IMG/VR virus record: IMGVR_UViG_3300012927_000004 | Length of the DNA stretch: 64,000 bases | From: a virus | Direction: 5' to 3' (one strand) | Shown here: positions 1 to 10,063 of the stretch, in pieces | How positions within the stretch are numbered: the stretch's first letter is position 1 | How the letters are laid out: each line of letters begins with the position of its first letter | Notes under the pieces: generated by a model | Databases searched by the model: none | Told to the model about the DNA's origin: nothing | The model's input: only the letters and a program-made list of their open reading frames with translations | Made by a program: the position numbers and the translations under genes

Positions 1-50
1 ATTCGCCCATATTACCTGCATTGCTCCAAACTATATAGATGTAAAGTAAA

Positions 51-1745
51 TTAATAATTTACATCACTTTTAAGTGGAATATCTAGATAACCGACTTGAG
101 CTTCTTTACCAAGATCGCATTTGTTCTTAGGATAAGCTAAAGTACCGATAATCATTGTATTAAGACGACCTTTGCTTTCATGGGTTATTTGATGAAGCAG
201 TTGTTGTGAGATTCCTAGTCTTTGGAAGATTCCATGAATACTCCATCCGACTTGAGAATTCTTTAACCCAGGTTCTTTTCCTAAGAGCCCACGATAAATT
301 GCGTTAAATTCTAGTTCAGTTAAAGGTTTGGTTCTATTTAATTTAACCATCTCAGGGTTTTCACGGAAAGCTCGATTAATAGCTTTCACGACTTTGTAAA
401 TAACTTTTGGATATTTTCGTAATCTTGCTATTGCATCTTGAGTAATAAAATCAATATCCGTTACAACTGAGAAGCGAATGTGATATTGATTACGAAGCGT
501 CATCATAGCTGTTGATGAAATATTTAAACTACTATCTACAGTAATATGACTATAATTTTGTATGATATTGTTTTGATATAAATCCACATGAAAAATGGAT
601 TTATATGGTTGATTAAGATAAGGGTATTCTGATTCGATAAGGAATTGAAGAACATCATCATCTAGTACGACATCTCCCAATTCTTGGAGAGAAAGAATAC
701 TTGATTGATCAGTTTCAGTAATTTGTCCTAGTGCTTGAATAATACCTGCTGTAAAACGCATATAGCTTGCAGGTTTAAAATCATCGAATATTGGAATTTT
801 AATAACTCCATCTTCTGCTTTGATGCGATCCATATCGGTATCAGCTCTGAAGATTCTTAAAGCGCGCTGAGTTCTACTTGAATCAACTGTTGATCTTGCA
901 ATAGCGCGTGTCTCATCAGACGTAAAGCTGACAAATTCAAGAGGCATCTCTTGATTATGAACCATGATTGGATATCGAAGATGTGATCCAATTGGTTTAT
1001 CATAATTAAAACGATATGTAAATCCAATTGACCACATTCCACCTTCTTTCTCTTTGACAGGTTTTGTTGGAAGACCTTCAAACTCATAAATACCATAGAT
1101 TTCAGTTTGAGTTTCAGCAACTGCAAAAACAGAATCTTGACCTACAATATCACCCACAACTGTTAAACGAGGAGTGGTGTGAGTTTTAATATATTGATCA
1201 AATGTCTGACCATAAGGTGCTTGTGTTTCCCGTAAGGTATAGACTTGTTTGATAATGTCATAAAATTTCTTATGTAGATTATAGTGATATTGAACAGTAT
1301 GTACATTGATATCACGAAGACGTGCAACATTCATTCGAATCTCTTGAAGCCAGCGAGTGGCTTCTGTTTGACTCGGACAACTATAATTAAAAGTGACTGT
1401 CACGTTATGTTTAGCATAAACAGGTGATAGTATAAGTCCTAAAAGACGATCTTCTAAGATTGGAGTATATTCATTTCCATTGAAGAATGTTGGAGATATT
1501 TCTTCTCTATCGATTTCTTCCTCAACGGTAATTTCGTTCATTCGTTTACTGGTTGTGGCAACATAACGATCATCTTTACTATCAATCGTTCCACTAGACG
1601 TTGCAACTTTCTTATCATCATCAGGAAAGTAGATGATCGCATCCTTCATCTTAGTGATGTCTTGGACTTGTTTCACGACCGCTATTACAACCGGACGAAA
1701 AATACTTTGTTGCGTTTCGGGCAATGCGGTATGTATATTCGGCAT
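51..1745 (-). CDS. hypothetical protein (564 aa), virion/head-module context
   Basis: Long uninterrupted ORF in AT-rich DNA. No motif recognised. It sits next to the prohead protease / virion RNAP cluster. Confidence 0.6.
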   Translation of the reverse strand: MPNIHTALPETQQSIFRPVVIAVVKQVQDITKMKDAIIYFPDDDKKVATSSGTIDSKDDRYVATTSKRMNEITVEEEIDREEISPTFFNGNEYTPILEDRLLGLILSPVYAKHNVTVTFNYSCPSQTEATRWLQEIRMNVARLRDINVHTVQYHYNLHKKFYDIIKQVYTLRETQAPYGQTFDQYIKTHTTPRLTVVGDIVGQDSVFAVAETQTEIYGIYEFEGLPTKPVKEKEGGMWSIGFTYRFNYDKPIGSHLRYPIMVHNQEMPLEFVSFTSDETRAIARSTVDSSRTQRALRIFRADTDMDRIKAEDGVIKIPIFDDFKPASYMRFTAGIIQALGQITETDQSSILSLQELGDVVLDDDVLQFLIESEYPYLNQPYKSIFHVDLYQNNIIQNYSHITVDSSLNISSTAMMTLRNQYHIRFSVVTDIDFITQDAIARLRKYPKVIYKVVKAINRAFRENPEMVKLNRTKPLTELEFNAIYRGLLGKEPGLKNSQVGWSIHGIFQRLGISQQLLHQITHESKGRLNTMIIGTLAYPKNKCDLGKEAQVGYLDIPLKSDVNY

Positions 1746-1792
1746 GGTTTAGTTATCTCGTTGGTACCACAGAATCCCTCTTAGGAGTTAAG

Positions 1793-4700
1793 ATGCCTTC
1801 GCTTGTTGTTCCTCAAATCGAGTTGGATCGCCTGATTCAGTTAATATTGGATCATTACAAATTTCAATACGGAATCACCGTAACAGCCGACACGATTACT
1901 GCTTCATTCATTCAACCTCGTGTCGGTTGGATAACAGGTTTTGAAATCGTCAGTAATAGTGATTCAGATAATTTTAGTTGTCGTTTTTATATTAACTATA
2001 CTTCTGATTATAAATCAAATCTAGATCCTTTTCAGATTGAAGAAATCATTAACACATCTTATACATCCGGATTAGCGAATAATCGATATGTTTGCTATGC
2101 AGTTCTTCCCAGGACTCAGTTTCCAACACTATCTAAATATGTTTTTGTACCCGTAGACGACGGGGGTGGTGGAAGTCCAAGTACTTATACTGTAGGATTT
2201 CTACAAACAACCGGTAGTGTTGTTTCTGGTCAATCTCTTGACATCAATATTGGAATTGATAGCGCACCTTCTGCAATTGTTACAGCTCACTACGCTTCTG
2301 CTAACGGAACCGCTGTAGCATCAGTAGACTATGTCGCTCTTGATGGAACTACAACGTGGGATGTTAATGATGGCGTTCAGAAAACAATTACACTTTATAC
2401 TGGTGAACCCTATTATTATCATTGGGTAGCCGGATATGATACATCGCAATTCACACTTGTTGACAGTGCCGATGGTCTTATTTATAATGCGACGAATAAC
2501 GATACCCAAAATACTTACTATCCAAGTATTCGCACTTTCAATCTCGCACTACCATCAGTAGATCAAAACTATTATCACGAGTTCTTATTTGGGCCTAATG
2601 GATTCCAACAGCATATAACTATTGAAATCGATATCAATACGGTCGATGGTAGCGGAAATACGAGTAGCTCATTTTACGCAGCGTATTTACAATACAATAC
2701 AGGCACTAATGTATTTGATGCTCAAATCTATTCTACTTTTAATGGTCAAAATTTAACACCACCAAATCCAATTACGATGCCAGTTACCATTGGGTTCGAA
2801 ATAAATCATGATTCGGCAATTAAGTTCTTTATTAATGATACTTGGTATAATGTCGATGACTTCAGTTTCAATTCTGATGCTTCTCAGATCGCTTTCTCTG
2901 ATATGAGTTATCTATCTGGTTTGACAATTACGAGTGTTAATTTATTGATTACTTTTGATCTAACAACGAACGGTGGTGGATCAAATATCTTTGATATGAC
3001 TGCAAAGGTATCACCAAATCAAATCCATGTACCGTCAGATGCGATTAGTCCACCAGCTGGTTATATCGGAACGTCGGGTGGTACGCTAAGTCTCACGTTG
3101 AGTAATCCTAGCAGTAATGCTACAATTGGTACTACTACAGATAACATAACGATTTTAGATGCGAATGTTTGTTATCAGAAACTTATTGTGAATGATGATG
3201 AAACCGGATTTGATAATTCAACTGGTTCCATCATAACAGGTTATGGTGGTATTCATTATCTCTATACGAATGTGAATTGGAGTAATACTACATCAAGTTG
3301 TGGTGTTATTGCTGATCTTCGTTTAACTGCAACAAATGATCCAACTCAACTTGGTGTTACTGATTTTAGTCAGACGCCATTAACAGCAGCAGGAATTACT
3401 AACTTCCCAGTATTTCCAAACATCATGATCGATGATGTTCGAGAAGTTACTACGTTCTCATGGCCTAATGGTAAATTTCCAGTTTCTGGAAATTTTAGTT
3501 TTAATACAACCGATAATGATCTTCCTTATAATCTTACCCTTAATTCAGATGGTAGTTATGAGGTAAAATTCAGATTCAGATCTTTCCCAATCTCTGGTCA
3601 AAGTAACTTGATGTATAAGTTAATGGATTATAATAATACAGATACGAAGGGTTCACTTCCTAAACTTAATAAACCCAGTCTATTAATCCAGTCTTATGAC
3701 GGAACTAGTGCATACATCTTGATTTATTCAAACGATGTTTTATATGATCATACCGGTTCTGTAATTAACCAAGGTTATACTTTCACATATACACTAGACG
3801 GCTCTGATCCTAATAGTGGTGGGTCAACCATTTCTTCAGGTAGTCAATTCCAGACTGCAGCTACTCCTGGAACGATTGTAAAATTTAAAGCATCAGCTAC
3901 AGGGTTCACTGATAGTGACGTATCAACCTGTACTTTGAACTACTTTACTCGTGATCTTACTTTCCCTTATTTGACAAATAGTATTTCTGGGAATACAAAT
4001 AACATTTTCTATTTCAATGCAGATGGACCATTTACTGGGTATGAAAGTATTCTGATTACACTTACTGATCAGAATTCTAGTCCTGGATCTGACACAATGG
4101 TATATTCTTTTGATGGAGAAACATGGCATGATTATACAGCACCATTTAGTTTCCCTGTAGGATGGAAAACTCCAATTGGTAAGGCTGGTTTTCCATCCGT
4201 ATTTTACTATACCAAACAAGCAAATACACATACATCGAGTATTGCAAATCTTAATATCTTTATTGAATACCCCAGTCGTAATCTAACATTTGTTCCAAAT
4301 CAAAATGATACAAGTGTTAGTGTTGCCAACAAAACAGTAACACTTGTCAATACAATTCACAACAATACTGAATTAGTTCCTGTTGCATATTTCCAAACAC
4401 ATGCAACATGTACGGATGATTTTCGTTATATCGAAATGAAATGTACCAATCTTGTTGATCAAGATGGAATTCTTCAGATTCATTTTAATTCTGTTGGATT
4501 TGGTCAAGACGGACATGTTTATCCGACCAATTATAGTCCTGTTAGTGTTCCAGCTCTTGCTTGGACTGTGGGTGATACACTTTGTTTCTGGTATAATTAT
4601 CTTAATGGATCGTTCCAAGTAAGAGTTAATAATGGTGCTTGGCAGAACACATCACAAGAATTGTTTTACACAACGTATTCTGAATTCAATATGGGAATTC

Positions 4701-4822
4701 AATATTTTGAGTCCAACGGTCATTCGTTGAATGGAAGTGCTTTCCAGCTTCATTCATTAGCGTCTGAATTTGAATTCGCTATTCCCTCTAACACTCTTCC
4801 TACGGAAACTCTCACGCCATGA
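1793..4822 (+). CDS. large fibre/adhesin-like structural protein with a Calx-beta-like segment
   Basis: The ORF track gives 1724..4822. I prefer ATG 1793 ('MPSLVV') because 'taggag' precedes it and it removes the overlap with the divergent 51..1745 gene. 'VTAHYASANGTAVASVDYVALDGTTTWDVNDGVQKTITLY' (about 2276..2400) resembles the Calx-beta signature. The S/T/N/G-rich beta-type composition is typical of fibre or baseplate proteins. Confidence 0.5.
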   Translation: MPSLVVPQIELDRLIQLILDHYKFQYGITVTADTITASFIQPRVGWITGFEIVSNSDSDNFSCRFYINYTSDYKSNLDPFQIEEIINTSYTSGLANNRYVCYAVLPRTQFPTLSKYVFVPVDDGGGGSPSTYTVGFLQTTGSVVSGQSLDINIGIDSAPSAIVTAHYASANGTAVASVDYVALDGTTTWDVNDGVQKTITLYTGEPYYYHWVAGYDTSQFTLVDSADGLIYNATNNDTQNTYYPSIRTFNLALPSVDQNYYHEFLFGPNGFQQHITIEIDINTVDGSGNTSSSFYAAYLQYNTGTNVFDAQIYSTFNGQNLTPPNPITMPVTIGFEINHDSAIKFFINDTWYNVDDFSFNSDASQIAFSDMSYLSGLTITSVNLLITFDLTTNGGGSNIFDMTAKVSPNQIHVPSDAISPPAGYIGTSGGTLSLTLSNPSSNATIGTTTDNITILDANVCYQKLIVNDDETGFDNSTGSIITGYGGIHYLYTNVNWSNTTSSCGVIADLRLTATNDPTQLGVTDFSQTPLTAAGITNFPVFPNIMIDDVREVTTFSWPNGKFPVSGNFSFNTTDNDLPYNLTLNSDGSYEVKFRFRSFPISGQSNLMYKLMDYNNTDTKGSLPKLNKPSLLIQSYDGTSAYILIYSNDVLYDHTGSVINQGYTFTYTLDGSDPNSGGSTISSGSQFQTAATPGTIVKFKASATGFTDSDVSTCTLNYFTRDLTFPYLTNSISGNTNNIFYFNADGPFTGYESILITLTDQNSSPGSDTMVYSFDGETWHDYTAPFSFPVGWKTPIGKAGFPSVFYYTKQANTHTSSIANLNIFIEYPSRNLTFVPNQNDTSVSVANKTVTLVNTIHNNTELVPVAYFQTHATCTDDFRYIEMKCTNLVDQDGILQIHFNSVGFGQDGHVYPTNYSPVSVPALAWTVGDTLCFWYNYLNGSFQVRVNNGAWQNTSQELFYTTYSEFNMGIQYFESNGHSLNGSAFQLHSLASEFEFAIPSNTLPTETLTP

Positions 4823-5460
4823 TCGAAGTTCAAGTAATCACCTCTAGTCAAGACAATCAAGACTGGTACCAGAAATGTCTAACTGGACTTCAATCTCCTG
4901 TCGTGAATATCCATTATGGAGAGCTGGTTGAAGGAAATACAAGTGCAGCACGTATGGCGGTCTGGGATGCTTGTGGTGGCGATCTGTTAAGTTTTGCAGA
5001 TCCTGATGACATTCCGGTAGCGAATGCCTGGCAGAAGCTTCAGGATGCGTTAGACGCGAATCCTAAGGCCATGGGGGCATATACACTTGAACAAATCATC
5101 GGTGATGATGGATCACCACGAGGTAAGCCGATTAACAACCAGTATTTGGATGCTACACATTCCGTTCTGGTAGTTCATCATCTCCTGGTTGTTCGTCGTC
5201 CACTCTACGAATTAATTCGTCCTTATCTTCAAACGATCAATAGCGGATGCGAATGGTTCTTAGCTATTGCTGCATTAAAGAAAGGCGGTCTTATAAAGAT
5301 TCCAGAAGTGGGTTACTATTGGCGTCGACATGACGTACCAGGAATGTTTGCGGGGCCTGATCCAAATGGAAAGATTCGTAACTTAGCATCTAAGCTTGAT
5401 ACCACTATGAAACAACGAGATGATTTCATTAAGTGGCTTGACGCTCAATCTTCTCTTTAA
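4819..5460 (+). CDS. GT-A (family-2-like) glycosyltransferase candidate
   Basis: Its start overlaps the upstream stop as ATGA. 'GNTSAARMAVWDACGGDLLSFADPDD' resembles the GT2 'ARN.G...A.G..i.f.D.DD' (DxD) region. The DNA is visibly GC-richer than the flanks. Confidence 0.45.
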   Translation: MIEVQVITSSQDNQDWYQKCLTGLQSPVVNIHYGELVEGNTSAARMAVWDACGGDLLSFADPDDIPVANAWQKLQDALDANPKAMGAYTLEQIIGDDGSPRGKPINNQYLDATHSVLVVHHLLVVRRPLYELIRPYLQTINSGCEWFLAIAALKKGGLIKIPEVGYYWRRHDVPGMFAGPDPNGKIRNLASKLDTTMKQRDDFIKWLDAQSSL

Positions 5461-5468
5461 GACATAAT

Positions 5469-5507
5469 GACTATACACTCACTGGTTATTCCAGTGAGTG
5501 TATAGTC
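5469..5507. terminator. bidirectional hairpin terminator between convergent genes
   Basis: Perfect 17-bp inverted repeat 'gactatacactcactgg' / 'ccagtgagtgtatagtc' with a 5-nt loop. Confidence 0.7.
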
Positions 5508-5515
5508 TATGTTGT

Positions 5516-6805
5516 TTATGCTGTTTCAGATGTCTTGATATTATTAATAGACATTTCAATGTAACGTGTCATCGCACGAAGCCCACGGAAGGAATAGTAC
5601 GGAATTTCGAAATAGATTTCGTGGGTCAGTTGAATAATCGATGTAATAAAACGATTGATTAACCTGACATACTGTTTATTCTGAGGATCCTTCTTCATCA
5701 TACTCTGGATTGTTCTGGTGATCTGTGGAAGTATTTCATACAACTTTGCCATCACCTTGAAAACAGCAACGTCTTTGGACATGATGGATAATGATGTTTT
5801 GGCGAATGTTTTGGTTTCTTTGATCATCATAGCAATCTCACTAGGTTGAATTGCTGAGACCATACTAACAATTGATTTACCACGTTCGATATTCACCATA
5901 TCGAATTCGTATGCCGAACCATCGATAACAATCGTCACGTTACCAACATCCATGAAGTTATAACCAATAGTCGGACCAAATTTCCGAGTTTTATCAAAAA
6001 CACTATGTCCTTCATTGGTTTGAGGAAGTGATTTTAGTAGTTCTTCTTCAAACTTCATTAGTTCTTTGAAGATGGGTTCGAAATTATATTTTTCAGCTGT
6101 CAATTCTTTCAGAACCTTACTTGTCAAATCGATGGTTTTTTCAACCACAGTAAATGCTTTGGTTGAAAGTTTATTCGTGTTATCCATCAACTTCGAAGCA
6201 CTTTCTGCATTAGCGGTTGTTCCATCATACGTTAATTGACGTGCAATAGTGGAATCGTTAAATTCCGATTTCTTCATTGTACCTTTTGATTTACCTTCCA
6301 GCTTAATCTCAAGCTCATCCAGCATCTTGAGATACTTTTTGTAGACAGATACGTACGAATGGAAGAAATCGCTTATGTTATTCCAGATTCGTGTCAGGTG
6401 ATTGGCAATTCCTGTCCAGATTCTGGAAATACTATCCAAGATATTAGATTCCAGAGCCGCTTCTGTCATCGTCAAACGAGTGTCTGGATTTGCAAATCCT
6501 TCCATTGCCAATTTCTTGGCTGGCATGCCGAGACGAATTTGGATTGATTCCAACGTTACTCGAACAGCTTCTGCAGAATATTGATCAAGACCAACCTTGT
6601 CATCGATCGCACCCTGAACCACACCGGACAGATCACATAGTGTATCAATCGATTCTAGCGCAGCTTCGACGTTCAGATGGTCCTGAATCACTTCTTCAGC
6701 CAGGTGTTCAATTTGACCGATTGTTGTTTCCACTTCGACAAATGCATTTGGATCATCAGGCACATCAGCGATGATGGGTTCGTTCTCAAGAGCAAAAAGT
6801 TTCAT
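5516..6805 (-). CDS. hypothetical protein (429 aa), helical, downstream of prohead protease
   Basis: Long ORF with helix-rich, E/K/L-rich composition. An internal head or scaffold-like role is only a context guess. Confidence 0.55.
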   Translation of the reverse strand: MKLFALENEPIIADVPDDPNAFVEVETTIGQIEHLAEEVIQDHLNVEAALESIDTLCDLSGVVQGAIDDKVGLDQYSAEAVRVTLESIQIRLGMPAKKLAMEGFANPDTRLTMTEAALESNILDSISRIWTGIANHLTRIWNNISDFFHSYVSVYKKYLKMLDELEIKLEGKSKGTMKKSEFNDSTIARQLTYDGTTANAESASKLMDNTNKLSTKAFTVVEKTIDLTSKVLKELTAEKYNFEPIFKELMKFEEELLKSLPQTNEGHSVFDKTRKFGPTIGYNFMDVGNVTIVIDGSAYEFDMVNIERGKSIVSMVSAIQPSEIAMMIKETKTFAKTSLSIMSKDVAVFKVMAKLYEILPQITRTIQSMMKKDPQNKQYVRLINRFITSIIQLTHEIYFEIPYYSFRGLRAMTRYIEMSINNIKTSETA

Positions 6806-6842
6806 TGTTTAATCCTGGATTGGAATTGTTTTTTGATACAAC

Positions 6843-6876
6843 ACTCTTCATCTCTTTTGAATGAGAGATGAAGAGT
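6843..6876 (-). terminator. perfect 13-bp hairpin between protease gene and next gene (attenuator/processing site or terminator)
   Basis: 'actcttcatctct' / 'agagatgaagagt' with an 8-nt loop. No clear U-run follows on the minus strand, so its function is uncertain. Confidence 0.4.
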
Positions 6877-6888
6877 AGATATAACAGA

Positions 6889-7644
6889 TTACCATCTAGT
6901 ATAAAGAGGAATGATAGGAAGCTCAGAAACTGAAACTTTCCTGAGAGCATCGAGTGCAAGTTCACGTGTACTTTCCATCGCAACCAGTTCACGAGAGTCC
7001 ACGATACGACGGAGTTGTTTTTCTGTTACTTTTGTTTCAGAAACCGATTCAAGTGAAGGCGAATCCCATTTATTTGCCATGGTAATACCTTGCTCATTAA
7101 CTTGATCAAACGTTACGATCGTTGTTAGAACACGATAACACTGACCACGTTCATAATAATTATTGGTTAAACCACGAATTGAGAATCCAACATTTTCAGA
7201 TGGATTCAATAAAGATGCGGCAAGTGATGCACCGTGAGGACCAGACGGCTTGATTCGTGCCATAATAGCAACGAGTTTAGGATTCTTGAACTGTGGATTA
7301 CGACCACCAAATTCATAATCCAGACGAAGTTCCCGAATATGACAACAAACATTGGTTTCCTCAATCGTTAGAATACGTTCCAAATAAGAATCTTCTGATT
7401 GACCAGGTTGCTTTTTGGGATGACCCAATTCCGATTTAAGAACACCTTTATTAATGCGCCGCATCAGAATTGAAGAACTCTTAAAAAGATCTTCAGCGCC
7501 CTGCAGGGTGTAATACTCACCTGCGCTATTGAACGCATTCAAACCACCTACAGGGAACTCGTAATAACCATCTGAATCAGGTGTCAGAATTCCTTTCTTC
7601 CCTTGGGGGAGAAGACGAGTCGATGTAAAGCGAATCGATTTCAT
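6889..7644 (-). CDS. prohead (head maturation) protease, T4 gp21 / phiKZ gp175 type
   Basis: 'KSELGHP' and 'PSGPHGASLAASLLNPSENVGFSIRGL' line up with the T4 gp21 'GELNHP' (His) and 'GDHGPGDKLAANIRAGWIPGVSSRGLG' (Ser) catalytic blocks. Confidence 0.8.
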   Translation of the reverse strand: MKSIRFTSTRLLPQGKKGILTPDSDGYYEFPVGGLNAFNSAGEYYTLQGAEDLFKSSSILMRRINKGVLKSELGHPKKQPGQSEDSYLERILTIEETNVCCHIRELRLDYEFGGRNPQFKNPKLVAIMARIKPSGPHGASLAASLLNPSENVGFSIRGLTNNYYERGQCYRVLTTIVTFDQVNEQGITMANKWDSPSLESVSETKVTEKQLRRIVDSRELVAMESTRELALDALRKVSVSELPIIPLYTRW

Positions 7645-7646
7645 AA

Positions 7647-8366
7647 TTAGGCTCGTAAGATCTTTTCGATCTTTCCTGTTTTAGTTGAAGGATTTACAAT
7701 CGCTGAAACGATACCGTCGTGAAAATAAGCACCGGACAATTTACTGACCGTATTATTCACGGCGTATAAGACAGACTTCAACGAAATGAATTCGATCTTA
7801 TCCAAACCATAGTCATTAATATCTTTAGCAGTTTGTCTCAAAGACTTTGAACGCTCTTCAATCCGACGGGCGATAACGCCTACTAAGAACTCAATAGTCT
7901 GTGGAACTTTAGCGATTTTAGATCCAGCATGTTTATCGGCTGTATCAAAAATTGAACATAAGTCATCGACATTTGCCCACCAAGGAACCTTTCCTTTCAT
8001 AATAAATTCGTCTAATACGTTAAACGTCAACGTATCTTGACGTATCAATTTTAATGAACGAATAATAGGCGTATCGATATCAAAATGGAATTCATAATAC
8101 GATTCTTCTTCAATAGTCGCCATCGTTGTACGAGAAGGAGTTAAATCCATCAGTGAACAAACGTTCATTACAGTATAAACATCATCTTCGAAGAGTATTG
8201 GAAAGAATCCATAAACAGACGTGACATCTGTAATACTCCCCAGTCCAACATTCATCCATCGCTCAGGAACCTGTATACGGCAAGGTACTCGTGTGAGTAC
8301 CTTGCCGTCTTCTAATACAGTTAAACGATCGAGACAAATATTTTTGTCACGTTTGAATAAGGTCAT
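7647..8366 (-). CDS. hypothetical protein (239 aa)
   Basis: Long ORF. Its start shares 1 nt with the upstream gene's stop, and 2 nt separate it from the protease gene downstream. Confidence 0.6.
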   Translation of the reverse strand: MTLFKRDKNICLDRLTVLEDGKVLTRVPCRIQVPERWMNVGLGSITDVTSVYGFFPILFEDDVYTVMNVCSLMDLTPSRTTMATIEEESYYEFHFDIDTPIIRSLKLIRQDTLTFNVLDEFIMKGKVPWWANVDDLCSIFDTADKHAGSKIAKVPQTIEFLVGVIARRIEERSKSLRQTAKDINDYGLDKIEFISLKSVLYAVNNTVSKLSGAYFHDGIVSAIVNPSTKTGKIEKILRA

Positions 8367-9841
8367 TAAATCCTGACGATTTGAATCTGACCTTGGAGAT
8401 AATCGACGATATAATTGATCGTCGCAATGAACGCTGCTTCTTCGGGTGAGGTATTTTCACTCAATGTTCCGATCTCCTGCATGTCGTTCACAAACTTTTC
8501 GGCATAAGTAAAGTGATATTTATAACCAGCGATCAGTTTCTTTGCCATTGTCTGTACATCACAAAGTGTTTCTTTCCTCAGACCGTGGAGATATTTCTCC
8601 ACTTCTTTCTTGATATTATCATGACAAGAAGGATTCCTCAATAGGAACGATTGTTCCAGATCTTCTTGATAATCAGCTGTCATATATCGGCAGAACAGAT
8701 CATAATAGAACTTACGCAGACTTGCTGCTTTAGTGTATTCAAGACTTTCAAGATAAACCTGAACGTACTTCTTCCAGGTGTCTTGAAGCACGATAGCGTT
8801 CTTATCGATCTCACTAACCGAATAGAAACGCTTGGAACCCACCAGGATACCCATGATGATATCAGCATTACCACCAGCGGTTAACCAACGATCATACACT
8901 TCTGACGAAACTGTGATTTTCTTGTGGAACGTATCCACATAAGTAACCAGGATATCAGATTTGTTATTGTTACTGATACGACCCAGAGTATTAATTAACA
9001 CTGTTCCTGCATAAAACATATGTTCGAACAAACGATTCTTCACTGAAGCAGTTGATTCGTTCGTGATCATATCGGGCAGATGATTCGTGTAATAGTTAGC
9101 AATCAGAAAATAAGCTAACGACACATTAAGTCGAACATACATATCAGGAGAATTCATATCGTCTTGACTGACGAAAGAACCTTTATAGTTCCTATTCACG
9201 TTAGAGCTAGCAAAGAAACTATACCAGACAGAATCCAGATATTTGAACTGGTTGGTAACATACCAACTCGCTACTAAATTATCCAAAGCCGTATTGCTGG
9301 TCGAAGCGACTGTCAAGAAATCATCCGGAATACCCATGTCGAAATTTAACGTTGAGGTATTCGGATTAACTGTTTTCTTGTATTTGAATGTTTCCAGAAG
9401 ACTTAAGAAACCAGCTTCCTGAACAATATCGGGGATGCTAGTACGACAGATCTCGAGTTCAGAAGCTGCATTGGATCCACCCAGCATTTCCATGAAAGCT
9501 TGGGAATCTTTAGCAAATTCTATTGTACGAGGGACTACCGTGTTATGAATATAACTGATGTGAGCTTTGATACACCCCGTCAATTTCTCCACACTGGAGT
9601 CGAATGATGCCCCCCATATCACACCAAAATCACCAGCGCTATGGAATTCCAACATATCGCTGTAGAAGTTGAGGTTGTCATCATAATCGATAGGAGCTGG
9701 CACCGGTCGATCATTTTCAATCGGTGTCGAAAGTCCGACGAGTTCAGAAAGCACACTCGACATAGAAGGCTGAAGTAGGATACCCTTCTTCGCCAGATCT
9801 TCTGCAAATGCAGCAGCAGTATTAAACGAACGTCCAAGCAT
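8366..9841 (-). CDS. hypothetical protein (491 aa)
   Basis: Long ORF in the same operon-like run. No motif recognised. Confidence 0.6.
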   Translation of the reverse strand: MLGRSFNTAAAFAEDLAKKGILLQPSMSSVLSELVGLSTPIENDRPVPAPIDYDDNLNFYSDMLEFHSAGDFGVIWGASFDSSVEKLTGCIKAHISYIHNTVVPRTIEFAKDSQAFMEMLGGSNAASELEICRTSIPDIVQEAGFLSLLETFKYKKTVNPNTSTLNFDMGIPDDFLTVASTSNTALDNLVASWYVTNQFKYLDSVWYSFFASSNVNRNYKGSFVSQDDMNSPDMYVRLNVSLAYFLIANYYTNHLPDMITNESTASVKNRLFEHMFYAGTVLINTLGRISNNNKSDILVTYVDTFHKKITVSSEVYDRWLTAGGNADIIMGILVGSKRFYSVSEIDKNAIVLQDTWKKYVQVYLESLEYTKAASLRKFYYDLFCRYMTADYQEDLEQSFLLRNPSCHDNIKKEVEKYLHGLRKETLCDVQTMAKKLIAGYKYHFTYAEKFVNDMQEIGTLSENTSPEEAAFIATINYIVDYLQGQIQIVRI

Positions 9842-9852
9842 GTCAAATGTCC

Positions 9853-10050
9853 TTAAATAGAATCGATGATGTTGCTGGTGAGTTTGGACACAACAAGATG
9901 TTCAATCTTATCGCGAGTCAAAGATTCGTCATTCAGAGTCTTCGAAATATGTTGTTCGCTGATACCTGCAATGATGGCATGAGCGAGAGCGGTAGCATTT
10001 GACAACACGGTACCGTTTTGTTTGATAGCAGCGGCATTTGGGTTTTGCAT
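9853..10050 (-). CDS. small hypothetical protein (65 aa)
   Basis: The ORF track gives 9853..10098. I prefer ATG 10050 ('MQNPNAAAIK') because 'cacgagg' precedes it and it avoids overlapping the RNAP beta exon 2 stop. Confidence 0.45.
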   Translation of the reverse strand: MQNPNAAAIKQNGTVLSNATALAHAIIAGISEQHISKTLNDESLTRDKIEHLVVSKLTSNIIDSI

Positions 10051-10063
10051 TTGAACCTCGTGT

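Noticed and set aside
1724-1792. The 23-codon N-terminal extension of the 1032-aa ORF
   Set aside because: It overlaps the 5' end of the divergent 51..1745 gene and has no RBS. The ATG at 1793 has a good 'aggag' RBS.
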